Shown here one piece after another: positions 41,700 to 53,321 of a stretch of 64,000 bases of DNA. The notes under the pieces are model-generated. The model worked only from the letters and a program-made list of their open reading frames with translations. It searched no databases and was not told the origin of the DNA. The stretch's first letter is position 1. Each line of letters begins with the position of its first letter. A program made the position numbers and the translations under genes. Origin of the DNA: Lama glama (taxonomy: Eukaryota); contig CM052817.1 of assembly GCA_028534125.1 (NCBI GenBank), positions 35,776,001 through 35,840,000 of the forward strand, written 5' to 3'.

Positions 41700-43620
41700 C
41701 TGCCTCAAAAATCATTTGGGTAATCAGATTTACCAGATATCAGAAAGTCCTATCAAGCTACTGTAATCAAATCAGTAAGTACTGAAATAGGCCTAAACAG
41801 ATATGTGGAATAGAATATCTAGAAACAGATCCAGATATAAATGAGGATTTACTATATGACAAAAGAGGTATTTCAATGTAGTGGCAAAAGGATGGATTCT
41901 TTAATATAAGGGGTTGGCAAACTATTCATCCAGAAGAAAAGAAAACTAGATCTTTATCTTACACCAATTTGAAAAATCAACTTCAGATGGATTTAGAAAG
42001 ATTAAAGGTTAAACTGTAAAACAAATAATTAAATTAAAAATCCTGTTAAGAAAATCTAGGATCATAAATATAATCTAGGAGCAGGGTGGGTAAGGCTTTT
42101 TTTTTTTTTTTTGGCAAAGCAGAAAATACAAAAACTGTAAGAGAAAACATCAACATAGATGACTAGAAAAATTATAAAACTTTTGCATGGCAAAAGATAA
42201 TATGAACAAATACAAATGACTGGAAAAAATGTTTGCATCCCTATAGGACATAACTGTAACACAGCAGAAGCTCTTAAAAATTTACAAGGAGACAAAATAA
42301 TCCATTGGAAAAATGGATAAAGAATATGAAAGCATAGTTTGCAAAAGAGGAAATCCAACAGCCAACAACCTTATGAAAAGATGATCAAATTCATTTGTAG
42401 TCAAAGAAATGCAAATAAAGTAATAATGAGATTTTACTCTATACCAATAGCACTTGCAAAAACTTTTAAAAAAAAGTTATAACACCATGGTTTGGGAAAA
42501 CCTAGTGAAAGGAAGTATTTTTAATTCTATGTGCAAATGTGTATAGTTATAGTTTTCTTAGGGAAGTAGGTTAGCTTCTAAAACTAAAAATACATGTGTC
42601 CTGACCCAGTGATCTTATCAATAGAAATAAAATACCAGCATATGTAGATATATGTTTATTGAAGTACTATTTGGAGACTTAAAACTTAAAACAAACTGCT
42701 CTATAAATAGGGGAATGGCAGAATAAATCATGACATAGCTCCCCTGTGAAGCATTATGCAACAATTAAAATAATTAAAACCACAGTGAGATATCACCTCA
42801 TACCTGTCAGAATGGCTATCACCAAGAAGAACACAAATAGCAAATGTTGGTGAGGATGTGGAGAAAAGGGACACCTCATACACTGTTGGTGCAAGTGTAA
42901 ATTGGTGCAGCCACTATGGAAAACAGTATGGAGGTTCCTCAAAAAACTAAACATAGATTTACCAAATGATCCAGCAATTCTACTCCTGGGTGGTATCTGA
43001 AAAAACAAAACCACTAATTCAAAAAAGATACACACACCCCAGTGTTCATAGCAGCATTATTTACAACTGCCAAGATATGGAAGCAACCTAAGTGTTCATC
43101 GACAGATGAATGCATAAAGATGTGGTATGTCTATACAATGGAATACTACTCAGCATAAAAAAGAACAGAATTTTTCCATACACAGCAACATGGATGGGCT
43201 TGGAGGGCATTATGCTAAGTGAAGTAAGTCAGACAGAGAAAGACAAATACTATGTATCACTTACACGTGGAATCTAAAAAATAAAACAAACTAGTGATAT
43301 AACAAAAAAGGGGGAAGATTCAGATATAGAGAACAAACTAGTGGTTGGTTACCAGTGGGGAGTGAGGGAGGGGCCATATGGGGTGGGGGAGTAGGAGGTA
43401 CAAACACTGGGTGTTAGACAGGCTTCAAGGACATATTGTATAACATGGGGAATGTAGCCAATATTTTGTACTAACTGTAAATGGAATATAACCTTTAAAA
43501 ATTGTATTAAAAAATTAAAAACAAAACAAAGTAAAAACCCAATTAAGTAGGCTAGAACTTTTCACTTGGGAGAAATTTCCCCAAGGTATTGCTGGGAGAA
43601 TAAAGCAAGGAACAGAAAAG
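41700..43620 (+). mobile_element. Old L1ME-type remnant (antisense to GPRIN3)
   Basis: tggaatagaatatctagaaacagatcc; ccattggaaaaatggataaagaatatga; aaagaaatgcaaataaag. Confidence 0.7.
42772..43537 (+). mobile_element. Younger L1 3' end nested in the L1ME
   Basis: accacagtgagatatcacctcatacctgtcagaatggcta...ggggaatgtagccaatattttgtactaactgtaaatgga plus A tail. Confidence 0.9.
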
Positions 43621-44289
43621 AATATATATGTTTTTATTTTTGTAAAACAATGATCTAAAACACTACATATGTGTTATGTGTGTGCGTGTGTAAAGGTATG
43701 CTTGTGTATGAGTATATAAATTCTAAAAATATATATATAATGACACATAGCGGGTGGTAAACAGAGGGAGTGTAAGGACTCGGAACTATGGAAAAAGAGA
43801 AGTTTCCAAAGGTATGAAAATTTTGAATTTTAAAAACTATATCTGAATTTTTTAAAGTATATATGAAAATTTACTTATATGTGTTTATACATAAACATTT
43901 TTTAGACAGGATAACCAGACTTTATGTGATATGGATCAAACAATGATTCAGAAATTAGTAGATGACTCTTTTAATTTCACCTCTATTGCTCATAGACTCT
44001 CTGACCTTATGCTAATCATTTAATCTTTCTGCACCCCACATTAACTTACTGGCAAAATAAGTTACATGATTTCTAAGGACCCTTCCAGCTCCAAAATTCA
44101 AAGATCCTATTTCCTTGCATGTGATAGATAATAAGTCAAACAGCACCATCTTAACTCTGGCTTAAGGGTCAAAATTGTAGACAAAGGCAAATGTGGTTGG
44201 GCCAAGATTTTGAAAGAAAGAATTTGATATTTTGGTTCAATGTTATTTGGTTGATCTATATCATAAGAAATCTAACAATAAATCCAACT

Positions 44290-44830
44290 TATTTTCTTCC
44301 CTGAACCAGCTCTTCCTTCTAACTTCATTATTCATATTAATGGGTTAAATTTTTTCCCATCCTGGGTTCTGACTGCTTTTTGTTCATACAAATCATTCCC
44401 CAGGTTTATGTGCCATTTCTTCTTTTCTGGAGTCTTCTGTTGCAATCATTTGTTGTGCCCAAGCCCATCTTTCCTCTCCCTCTTTTGCCTCTGTCTCTAT
44501 AATACCTTTAGTGCCACACTCTGCCCTCCTCACCCTCAAAAAGCCTACCCATTTTTCAAAGCCCCACTTAAACCCCGTATCCTTCCTGAAGGGCTTCTAA
44601 GGACTTTCAGGTCATAAAGTCTCTCTCTCTCTCTTTAAAATCCTACAGCTATGGTCCTCTGTGTCCCTTGAATTGTGCTTTTTGTGTACGGTTGCTACTT
44701 GTGTAAATGCCTGATTTCTCCAAAAGTACTTCAGCCCCAGGAGGGAAGGGGACAAACTTATTGATTCTTTTTTGTTCACTCTGCAGGACACAGTGCAGGG
44801 TCTTGTGCATAAAAAGGTGTTAATTGATCC
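44290..44830 (+). mobile_element. L2 fragments
   Basis: cttccctgaaccagctcttccttc; acacagtgcagggtcttgtgcataaaaaggtgttaat. Confidence 0.45.
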
Positions 44831-45729
44831 CATTTCCCTCCAAAAATGGCCATTATTAAGCCCTGCCAAACTTCAAAATAATACAAAATTTTAACCCATG
44901 ACATGAAATATTAACGAAAACACAATTTAAAAGAGTGCTATTTTTGGAAGTAAGTAAATGACTGTATCTCATTTATGAGACTTTATGTATCTGTAATCCA
45001 GATTTAGACCATTGAAAACAAGCACATTGGACATCTGCTACAAAAAAGGTGGAAGGTCTCATAAATTCAGGAGTAAAGAACATCTCTGTCTTATATGGCT
45101 GGAGCCAAGAAATCTGGCTTTCTAGAAAGGACTGTAAAACATGAACAACTCAAAGTTCAGCAACCGAAAGTTGAAAGACTTAGAAAAGCTGAGGGACTTC
45201 ATAAAACTCTCAGAAGTCAGAATTTATCTCCATTTCCCACAGAGAGCTGATGGTACTAGTTCACCTTTGAAAGGATGTTTTCTTTTGTTTGTTTTGTTAA
45301 CAGAGGATAAATTATCCATCAATTCAAGAATCAAGAAGAAAAGCCCTGATTGCTTGGATACGCTTGTAATTCAAAATCTCTTGATTCAGACAGAAAATCA
45401 ACACTACTCTGAAAAGATCTGCTATTGTAATTGTCACAGCATTTCCACGACCCCAGGAGAGACTGCCTAAGCTCAGAAACAACCCTCCTCCCCGATTACC
45501 CCCACTCTTCTCAACCAAATAGTGGAAATCCATAGTCTCTAATAGGTTAGACAAATAGGTCATTTAAAAATGTAATTACTTGATGGTTTAGAGTGAGGAG
45601 TAAAAATCTTTAAAATCAACGGGAGTCCATTGTGATAAGATTTAATAACCTCTGAAAGCGAGGTTGCAAACAAGTGGTCCACAGACTGAATGAATACCTT
45701 CTGCAGATGTATGTGTGTGTCCTGTGTGG

Positions 45730-45820
45730 TTTTTCCCTTCTCTGCTCTCCTTTCCCTTTCTCTTTCCCCCTCTTTTCTTCTCTTTCCCCTCTTCCCTCTC
45801 TTTTCTTTCCTTGTCCTTTG
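45730..45820. repeat. CT-rich low-complexity polypyrimidine tract
   Basis: About 90 nt that are almost entirely C/T. Confidence 0.85.
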
Positions 45821-46142
45821 AATTAAAAAGATCTTTCGTAAAAATCCAGATTTCTCTTGCTTCTCTTTAAAAAAAAAACACCTCAGAAAGTATCCATTTC
45901 CAGATGGCAACACTACATGGCGCTGATAAAGGCCATCCCTCTAGAAGGCAGGGACACTCCAGAACCCAGAACCCCCAGCCCTCACTTACCCTCCTTGTTT
46001 ACCTTACTCACTTGGGTTCCTATGGGCAGCTAAGTTTGAGAGCTTTATTCTAAGAGTGCTGACACAGTAGACTTCTCAACCTAACTTTTAGTTTGCTGAG
46101 GGCAGTTCAGCACTGTGTTTAAGAACATGGACCCTGGGGCAA

Positions 46143-46221
46143 CCCAGGACATATTTCACGGAACTAGAACAAATCATAATAAAATTTATATGGAACCATC
46201 AAAGACCTAGAATTGCCAAAG
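46143..46221 (+). mobile_element. 5' edge of a young L1 running into the gap
   Basis: Translates without stops as [26 protein letters not shown] (L1 ORF2). Confidence 0.88.
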
Positions 46222-46721
46222 NNNNNNNNNNNNNNNNNNNNNNNNNNNNNNNNNNNNNNNNNNNNNNNNNNNNNNNNNNNNNNNNNNNNNNNNNNNNNNN
46301 NNNNNNNNNNNNNNNNNNNNNNNNNNNNNNNNNNNNNNNNNNNNNNNNNNNNNNNNNNNNNNNNNNNNNNNNNNNNNNNNNNNNNNNNNNNNNNNNNNNN
46401 NNNNNNNNNNNNNNNNNNNNNNNNNNNNNNNNNNNNNNNNNNNNNNNNNNNNNNNNNNNNNNNNNNNNNNNNNNNNNNNNNNNNNNNNNNNNNNNNNNNN
46501 NNNNNNNNNNNNNNNNNNNNNNNNNNNNNNNNNNNNNNNNNNNNNNNNNNNNNNNNNNNNNNNNNNNNNNNNNNNNNNNNNNNNNNNNNNNNNNNNNNNN
46601 NNNNNNNNNNNNNNNNNNNNNNNNNNNNNNNNNNNNNNNNNNNNNNNNNNNNNNNNNNNNNNNNNNNNNNNNNNNNNNNNNNNNNNNNNNNNNNNNNNNN
46701 NNNNNNNNNNNNNNNNNNNNN
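46222..46721. other. Assembly gap (exactly 500 N)
   Basis: Run of N of fixed length, i.e. a scaffolding placeholder. Confidence 0.99.
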
Positions 46722-46869
46722 CCTCATGTCACATCATAAAGCAAACTGTCTGTATGCCCACCCTGCTCATGCCTGCATGCTTCGGGACTTAACAAAAAAT
46801 GAATAGTGCTGGAGCAAATCCTTTTTATGTGAATATTCTGAAGATGTTTATTAGCATAAGTTAAATTTT

Positions 46870-47920
46870 TTCTCATTCATTCTTTCTTTCATAAAGGGTG
46901 ATTGATTGTCTCGTACCTACCAGCCACTAAGCTAAATACTGAAAATACAAATTTGAAAAAAAAAAACAAAAAAAAAAACCGCAGTTCTTATCCTGAAGGA
47001 GTCATTTGTTACAGAGAGACCAACGTGTAAGCAGCTCATTATAATGCACTGTGGGCTGTGTAATAATAGAGACGTTACAGAACATTATGGGATCATAAAA
47101 GAGCATTGGAATCTGGAGGGAAGAGGAGCACCGTGACTCTAAAACAGTGTCCTCAGCCTTAGCTACCATGGAAATCACCTGGGCAGCTTTCAAAAAAAAA
47201 AAAAGCTGTTTCTGGGAGCCACTCACATAAATCCTGTTGTAATTGGCCTGGGGTGTTGCCTGGGGATAGGGACTCTTTCAAGCTCTACTGTTCTAAAGAA
47301 TGAGGAGATATCAGCCAGGCTGAGGACTGGGAACTGGGGACAGACACAGAGAGAAGGTATGTTAAGCAGAGAGTTGCATGAGCAAAGGCACTGGGGCAAG
47401 AAAGAGCTTGGTGTATGACAAGCATTCCGGATTTGTGAGAGGGCGGTGCTCTGAGAAGGCTTTCAGTGATGGGAGATGAGACCAGAGGTGAGCAAGGGAG
47501 CCATGTGTGGCTTTCAGAAAAACAGATTTCAGGCAAAGAAATGACACGGTCAAATTTACCTGCAGCTCGCTTTCTCTGCCAGCTGAGTAGAGGGGGGTTT
47601 TAGGCAGACAGGACTAGAGGCCGGGAGGCGAATCAGTTCATCAAAATGACACGTGATTAAGGCCAGAATCTTGAAATGGCTTTAGGAAAAGTTTCCTAAA
47701 ACCCATCTAGGCAGTCATATTAGCTGCCTCAGATGCTGTCTGAGTGTGGTGAAAGAGGGAGGAGAAATACAGTGAACAGGTGGATGGAGGTTAACACCTG
47801 AGGAGACAGAGAAGATGGTAAAGGCGGTAGGTTCAGGAGGAAATACGGTCTGCTCAGCGAGGAAAACAATGCATCTGAGATGCCTGTGGGGCTTTGGGAT
47901 GGAGATACTGTACCGGGCCA
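46870..47920 (-). mobile_element. L2 remnant with a MER5A-like hAT element (~47145-47290)
   Basis: tcattcattct..tgattgtctcgtacc..cagccactaagctaaatactg (L2 end); gaaatcacctgggcagcttt...taattggcctggggtg (MER5A). Confidence 0.6.
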
Positions 47921-48681
47921 CCCGGTCCAGGTTTCAGGATGGATGAGAATATGGATTTGGACTCATTCAAGGTTGCTTTTGCTTTGGCTTGTTCCTGAGG
48001 CAGCAAAGAAGCAATGCAAAGATAGGGATGCAAAAGGCTGACATAGTTCCTCATTGTCTCCCTTTTATCTTAAGGACATACATTGCAAAGGCAGTCTTAG
48101 CAATGTATGTGAACAATTTGTCCACCAGGTCCAAACAATGACAGATCTATGGGCTTACTGACTTATACTCAGCCGTGTCAGCACCCAGTAATGTATGGCA
48201 ACATTTGAAGCTACAATTCTGCTATTCCACAAACCACATTTCACAGGCCTAATATCTGGGTCCTGAGCTTTGAAATTCTTGCCCTGTTAGTACCGGGGAA
48301 AATGCCTTATCTCCCCAAGTCACTTTGGTCACGTACAACTCATAGGTTCTTGATTGGGAGCTCAGCTGGGGCTGTAAAGCATGTCCTGAGCATGTCCTCT
48401 TTCTGTGCCTGGGCTTCCCACAGCAGGACAGCTGGAATCAGGGCAGTGAAGGGCCATACCCAGGACTGGCAGAGCCATTTCTGCTACACTCTATCTGCAG
48501 TGCAGCCACAGGGCTTGTCCGTATGCAAGAGGAAGAAGAAACAAGCTCATATAACTTGATGGGAGGGTGATAAGGTCACGTTGTAGAAGATCATTTAGTT
48601 TTCTGTGGGAAATATACAACCCGCCACAAGGAGCAAAGCGGCAACAGCCACGCAACCTGTTCCTTAAGAATGATGAGGTCT

Positions 48682-49233
48682 TACTCCACTTACTATGATA
48701 AACTCTAGGTCCTTCCATGTTGCTGCCAATACCATTATCTCATTCTTGTTTATGGCTTAGTAATATTCATATATATATACCACATCTTCTTTATCTAGTC
48801 ATCTGTCAGTGGACATTTAGGTTGCTACTATGTCTTGGCTATTGTAAATAGTGTTAAGTCAGACAGAGGCAAATACCATATAATAGCTCTTGTATGTGGA
48901 ATCTTAAAAAATGATACAAATTAACTTATTTACAAACCAGAAATAGACTCACAGACATAAAAACAAGCTAGGGAGAGGGGGGTGGATAAATTAGGGGCTT
49001 GGGATTAGCAGATACAAACTACTATATATAAAATAGATAAATAACAAGCATCTGCCATATAGCACAGGGAACTATATTCAGTATCTTCTAATAACCTATA
49101 ATGGAAAAGAATCTGAAAAAGAAAAAAAATACATGTATATACATATATATATATGTACAACTGAATCATTTTGCTGTACACTCAAAACTGACACAACATT
49201 GTATGTAAATTAACTATACTTCAATTAAAAAAA
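48682..49233 (+). mobile_element. 5'-inverted (twin-primed) artiodactyl L1
   Basis: Minus-oriented segment 48682-48853 joined to plus-oriented 3' end 48854-49233. Perfect 16-bp TSD aagaatgatgaggtct at 48666-48681 and 49234-49249. Confidence 0.92.
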
Positions 49234-52207
49234 AAGAATGATGAGGTCTCGGCTCTTTGTCCTTTTTGTTGCTCCAAAAGTACTTTTCATAAAAAAGCTT
49301 CACCTGAGGCAAGTGTAATATTTTTCCAAAGATAGGGTTTGAGTGACCATTTTTTTTAATACATGGCATCAAAGAATCTGGAATGCAGGAGACCCACGGG
49401 ACACTTTAGGAACTAAGCTTAGGACACTGTCCCAAAGGTTACAATTTATAGGGTTCATTAAACTCATGTACTCTGCTTATGCAAGGTTGGTGTAGGTCTA
49501 CAATATTCGGCCCATGTAGACATCCACACTATCTATGAGACAGTATTTGAAGCAACACATGAACATCATCACAAGGCACTAGGAATCTGCCATATATGTC
49601 GACTGAGAGTTTGTTCCTTACCCAGCACAGATGCCCAGGAGACCATGAGATGGGAAAGTCTGAGCCTTTGCAAGACCTCAGAGTTGGAACTTTTAATTTA
49701 GGAGACACCAGATACAAGTTTTTAAGTCTTTTTTTTTTTTTACCTATTTCAAAAGAAATATGAAGATGGATGGAACCACCCAGGAAGGGTAGGTACAACG
49801 AGAAAAGTGATTCCTGGTCAGTCCCTGGGAAGCACCAACATGTTCAGGGTCCCCAGAAGAAGATAAGCCCTCAAAGGAGTCAGAGGAAGGTTGTGGGTAT
49901 GAGTGGAAACAGTACAGACCATTTCCAGAGAGAGTGCTAACTCACAATGTTAAATGCAGTGAGGTGGTCTAATTAAATCAGAATTAAAATCTTTTCACTG
50001 GCGTTAACAACTGCAAGTCACAAGTGACCTTAGCAACTGCGCTTTCAATAAATTTCGGTCAGAAGATGACTAGCTGGGGCTTGAAGAGTGGACACAAGAC
50101 AAGGAAGACTAACTCTGAGGGTGTTCGGCTATGAAAGAGGAGAGAATGGACACTACCTAAGAGGGACATGGGTTGCAGGGCAATTTGCAGATAAGGAGAG
50201 ACGGAAGCACGTTTCTAGGTTGAGTAAGAAAGAGAGAGAGGTATTGAGGTTCTTTAAAGAAGAAAAGTCATTCCTGATCAGGGTTTCAGAGGAGAAAAAA
50301 GGGAAGATATAAAAGTCAGGGTTAAGGAATTACCTTAAACCTAAAGAAAGGGAGGATGGATGTAGATACAATTATGAGTGACAAAATAAACAACTAAGTT
50401 ATAAGTTTATGTTTTATTCTTATTAAATGTTTCTCCTTTCCAATGAGGTGGCCAGGCATCAGTGTCCCCTTTCTTGGGGGCATTTGCTTAGTGGAAGCAG
50501 AGAGCAGAAATTTTATGTATATATATTTTTCCCCTTTGAAAATAATTTATTTTGTTCCTGAAAGTCTCATAATTTTGAAATTTGAAATATTCTTGTTAAG
50601 AAAGCAGTGCAATGTGGTGAATAACAGTGGAATATAAATTTGTAGCCTCACAATGAATTTGCAACTAAGAATAGACAACAACATATTTTTCTAATGCTCG
50701 TAAGTTAAACTTTTATAATTATTAAAACATAATTCATATAAATGGATGACATAGATTAGTCAGGGTTTGGGCTAAGATGTGATAATAAAAAGACCTTAAA
50801 GTGGAGAAGCTCAAACTAGCTGGCACACTAACCCTCTTTCTTTTTTTATTGAGATATAATTGGCATATAATATTATATTAGTTTCAGGTGTACAACATAA
50901 TGTTCCAGTATTTGTATGTGTGAAATGATCACCATATTAACTCTAGTTAACATCTACTATTGCACATAGTCACAAATGTTTTTTCTTATGATGAGAACTT
51001 TTAAGATCTCTTCTCTAAGCAACTTTTAAATATTCAATATAGTATTATTAGCTATAGTCACCATGGTGTACATTACATCCCCAGGACTTAGTTATTTTAT
51101 AACTGAAAGTTTGTACCTTTTGCCCGCTTCACCCATTTCACCCACTCACTACCCCCTGCCTCTGGCAACACCAACCTGGTCTTTGTATTTAGGAGTTCGG
51201 ATTTTGTTTGGGGGTTTTTTTTCCCCACACAAAGGTGAGATAATATGGTATCTGTCTTTCTCTCACTTATTTCAGAGTAGTGACCTCAAGGTCCATCCAT
51301 GTTGTTGCAAATGAAAAGATTTCCTTCTTACTTATGGCTAAATAATTTTCCATTGTATGTATATATATGTGTGTGTGTAAATATATTTATCACATCTTCT
51401 TTATCAATAATAATAATAGTGATGTTGAGCATCTTTTTATGTGCCTGTTGACCATCTGTATGTCTTCTTTGGATAAATGTCTATTCAGATCAACCACCCA
51501 TTTTTTAATTGGATTTTTTTTCTATTGAGTTGTATGAGTTCTTTATATATTTTGAATATTAAGTCCTTATCAGATATAAGATTTATAAATATTTTCTTCC
51601 ATTTGGTAGGTTGCCTTTTCTTTTTGTTGATGGTTTCCTTTGCTGGGCAGAAGCATTTTGGTTTGATATAATCCCACTTGTTTATTTTTGCTCTTGTTGC
51701 CTTTGCTTTTGGTGTCAAATTTAGAAAATTATTGTCAAGACCAATGTCAAGGAGCCTATGTTTTCTTCTAGGAGTTTCACAGTTTCAGGTCTAATAGTAA
51801 GTCTTTAATCCATTTCTAGTTAATTTTTGTGTACGGTGTAAGATAGTGGTCCAGTTTCATTTTTTTCCATGTGGCTGTCCAGTTTTCCCAACACTGTCTG
51901 TTAAAAAGACGGTCCTTTCCCCATTGTATATTCTTGGCTCCTTTGTTATAAATTAATCGACCATATACGTGCGAGTTTATTTCTGGGCTGTCTATTCTGT
52001 TCCATTGATCTATTTGTCTTTTTTTAATGCCAATGCAATACTGTTTTGATTACTGTAGCTTTGTGATAGAGTTTGAAATCAGGAAGTGTAATGCCTACAG
52101 CTTTGTTTTGCTTTCTCAGGATTGCTTTGACTACTTGGGGTCTTCTGTGGTTCTATATGAATTTTAGGATTGTTTTTTCTATTTCTGAGGAAAATGCCAT
52201 TGGAATT

Positions 52208-52636
52208 CAGAGCACCCAAGATAGCTGTTCTCTTGCTCCCTGTACATCTCCTGCTCAACCAGCACCTGCTTCGCCTACACCCTACTCATGAGACTGACCT
52301 TCCTACACACTTGTCTCAGGCCACAGCTAGTGATTGTTCCTATCAAAGGGGCAGTGAGGGGTATGCCCCTCTGCTGGTTTCCCTGATAACCAGTGAGCAA
52401 ACCTGAAATCAATTCCCCGTAACTGCTAACCTCCCCTGCCCCTGGAGCGACTGCCACCACATCCTGCCCGATCTCAGCCGCACACAGTGGAGAGGCACTC
52501 CAGGACCTTGCTTCAGACAAGTAAGCTCCCCCATCCATTAAAACACTGATGTCTCTGTCCCTGACTCCAGGATCTTTCTTCAGTCTTGAAGCTGAGTGAG
52601 TATAGGGCTTATAGGCCTCTGGGATGCAGCCCAACA
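52208..52636 (+). mobile_element. ERV solo LTR (5' end missing) inserted in L1
   Basis: Non-L1, more GC-rich block interrupting contiguous ORF2 sequence. ATTAAA at 52537-52542; terminus ...gcagcccaaCA. Confidence 0.7.
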
Positions 52637-53059
52637 GTATTGCCCTGACCCCACAGATATCTGAGGGTAGTACAGACATTTTAACAGTATTGATTCTTCC
52701 AGTCCATGAGCATGAAATGTCTTTCCATTGATTTGTGTTTTCTTCAATTTCTTTCATCAATCTCTTATAGTTTTCAGTGTACAAGCCTTCCACCTCCTTG
52801 GTTACATTTATTACTAGGTGTTTTATTCTTTTAATGCAATTGTAAATGGGATTGTTTTCTTAATTTCTCTTTCTGACAGTTTGTTAGTAGTGTATAAAAT
52901 CACAACAGATTTTTGTGTGTTGATTTTGTATTCTGCAACTTAACTGAATATGTTTATTAGTTCTAACATTTTTTTGGTGGAGTTTTCAAGATTTTTCTAT
53001 ATATAATATCTGTAAATAGTAATAGTTTTATTTCTTCCTTTCCGATTCAGATGCCTTTT

Positions 53060-53321
53060 TTTTAAACATTTTTTATTGATTTATAATCATTTTACAATGT
53101 TGTGTCAAATTCCAGTATAGAGTATTTTTCTTTCTTTCTTTCTTTTTTTTTAAATTTTTTGTTTTCGGTAGGATGAGTTCGAGATATAGTAATGGGCTAA
53201 TAGACTGTAACCACAAGCCAGAAACTTACAAGGGAGTCACAAAAACTAAATAAAATCCATGATAATACAAAGGAGGATTACCAAACCACAAAAGGAAGAA
53301 GAAAGGAACAAAGAGGAAATA
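53060..53321 (-). mobile_element. Short rearranged young camelid L1 insertion
   Basis: 18-bp TSD ccRattcagatgcctttt at 53042-53059 and 53322-53339. Its 3' end matches the L1 at 19.8 kb. Confidence 0.85.

Noticed and set aside
45984..46011. Two minus-strand splice-donor matches (GTAAGT, GTGAGT) suggesting an extra 5' UTR exon
   Set aside because: GTAAGT recurs many times in this intron; no convincing matching acceptor or promoter.
52275..52793. 172-aa ORF
   Set aside because: Chance chimera of L1 ORF2 remnant and antisense LTR sequence; no promoter or splice support.
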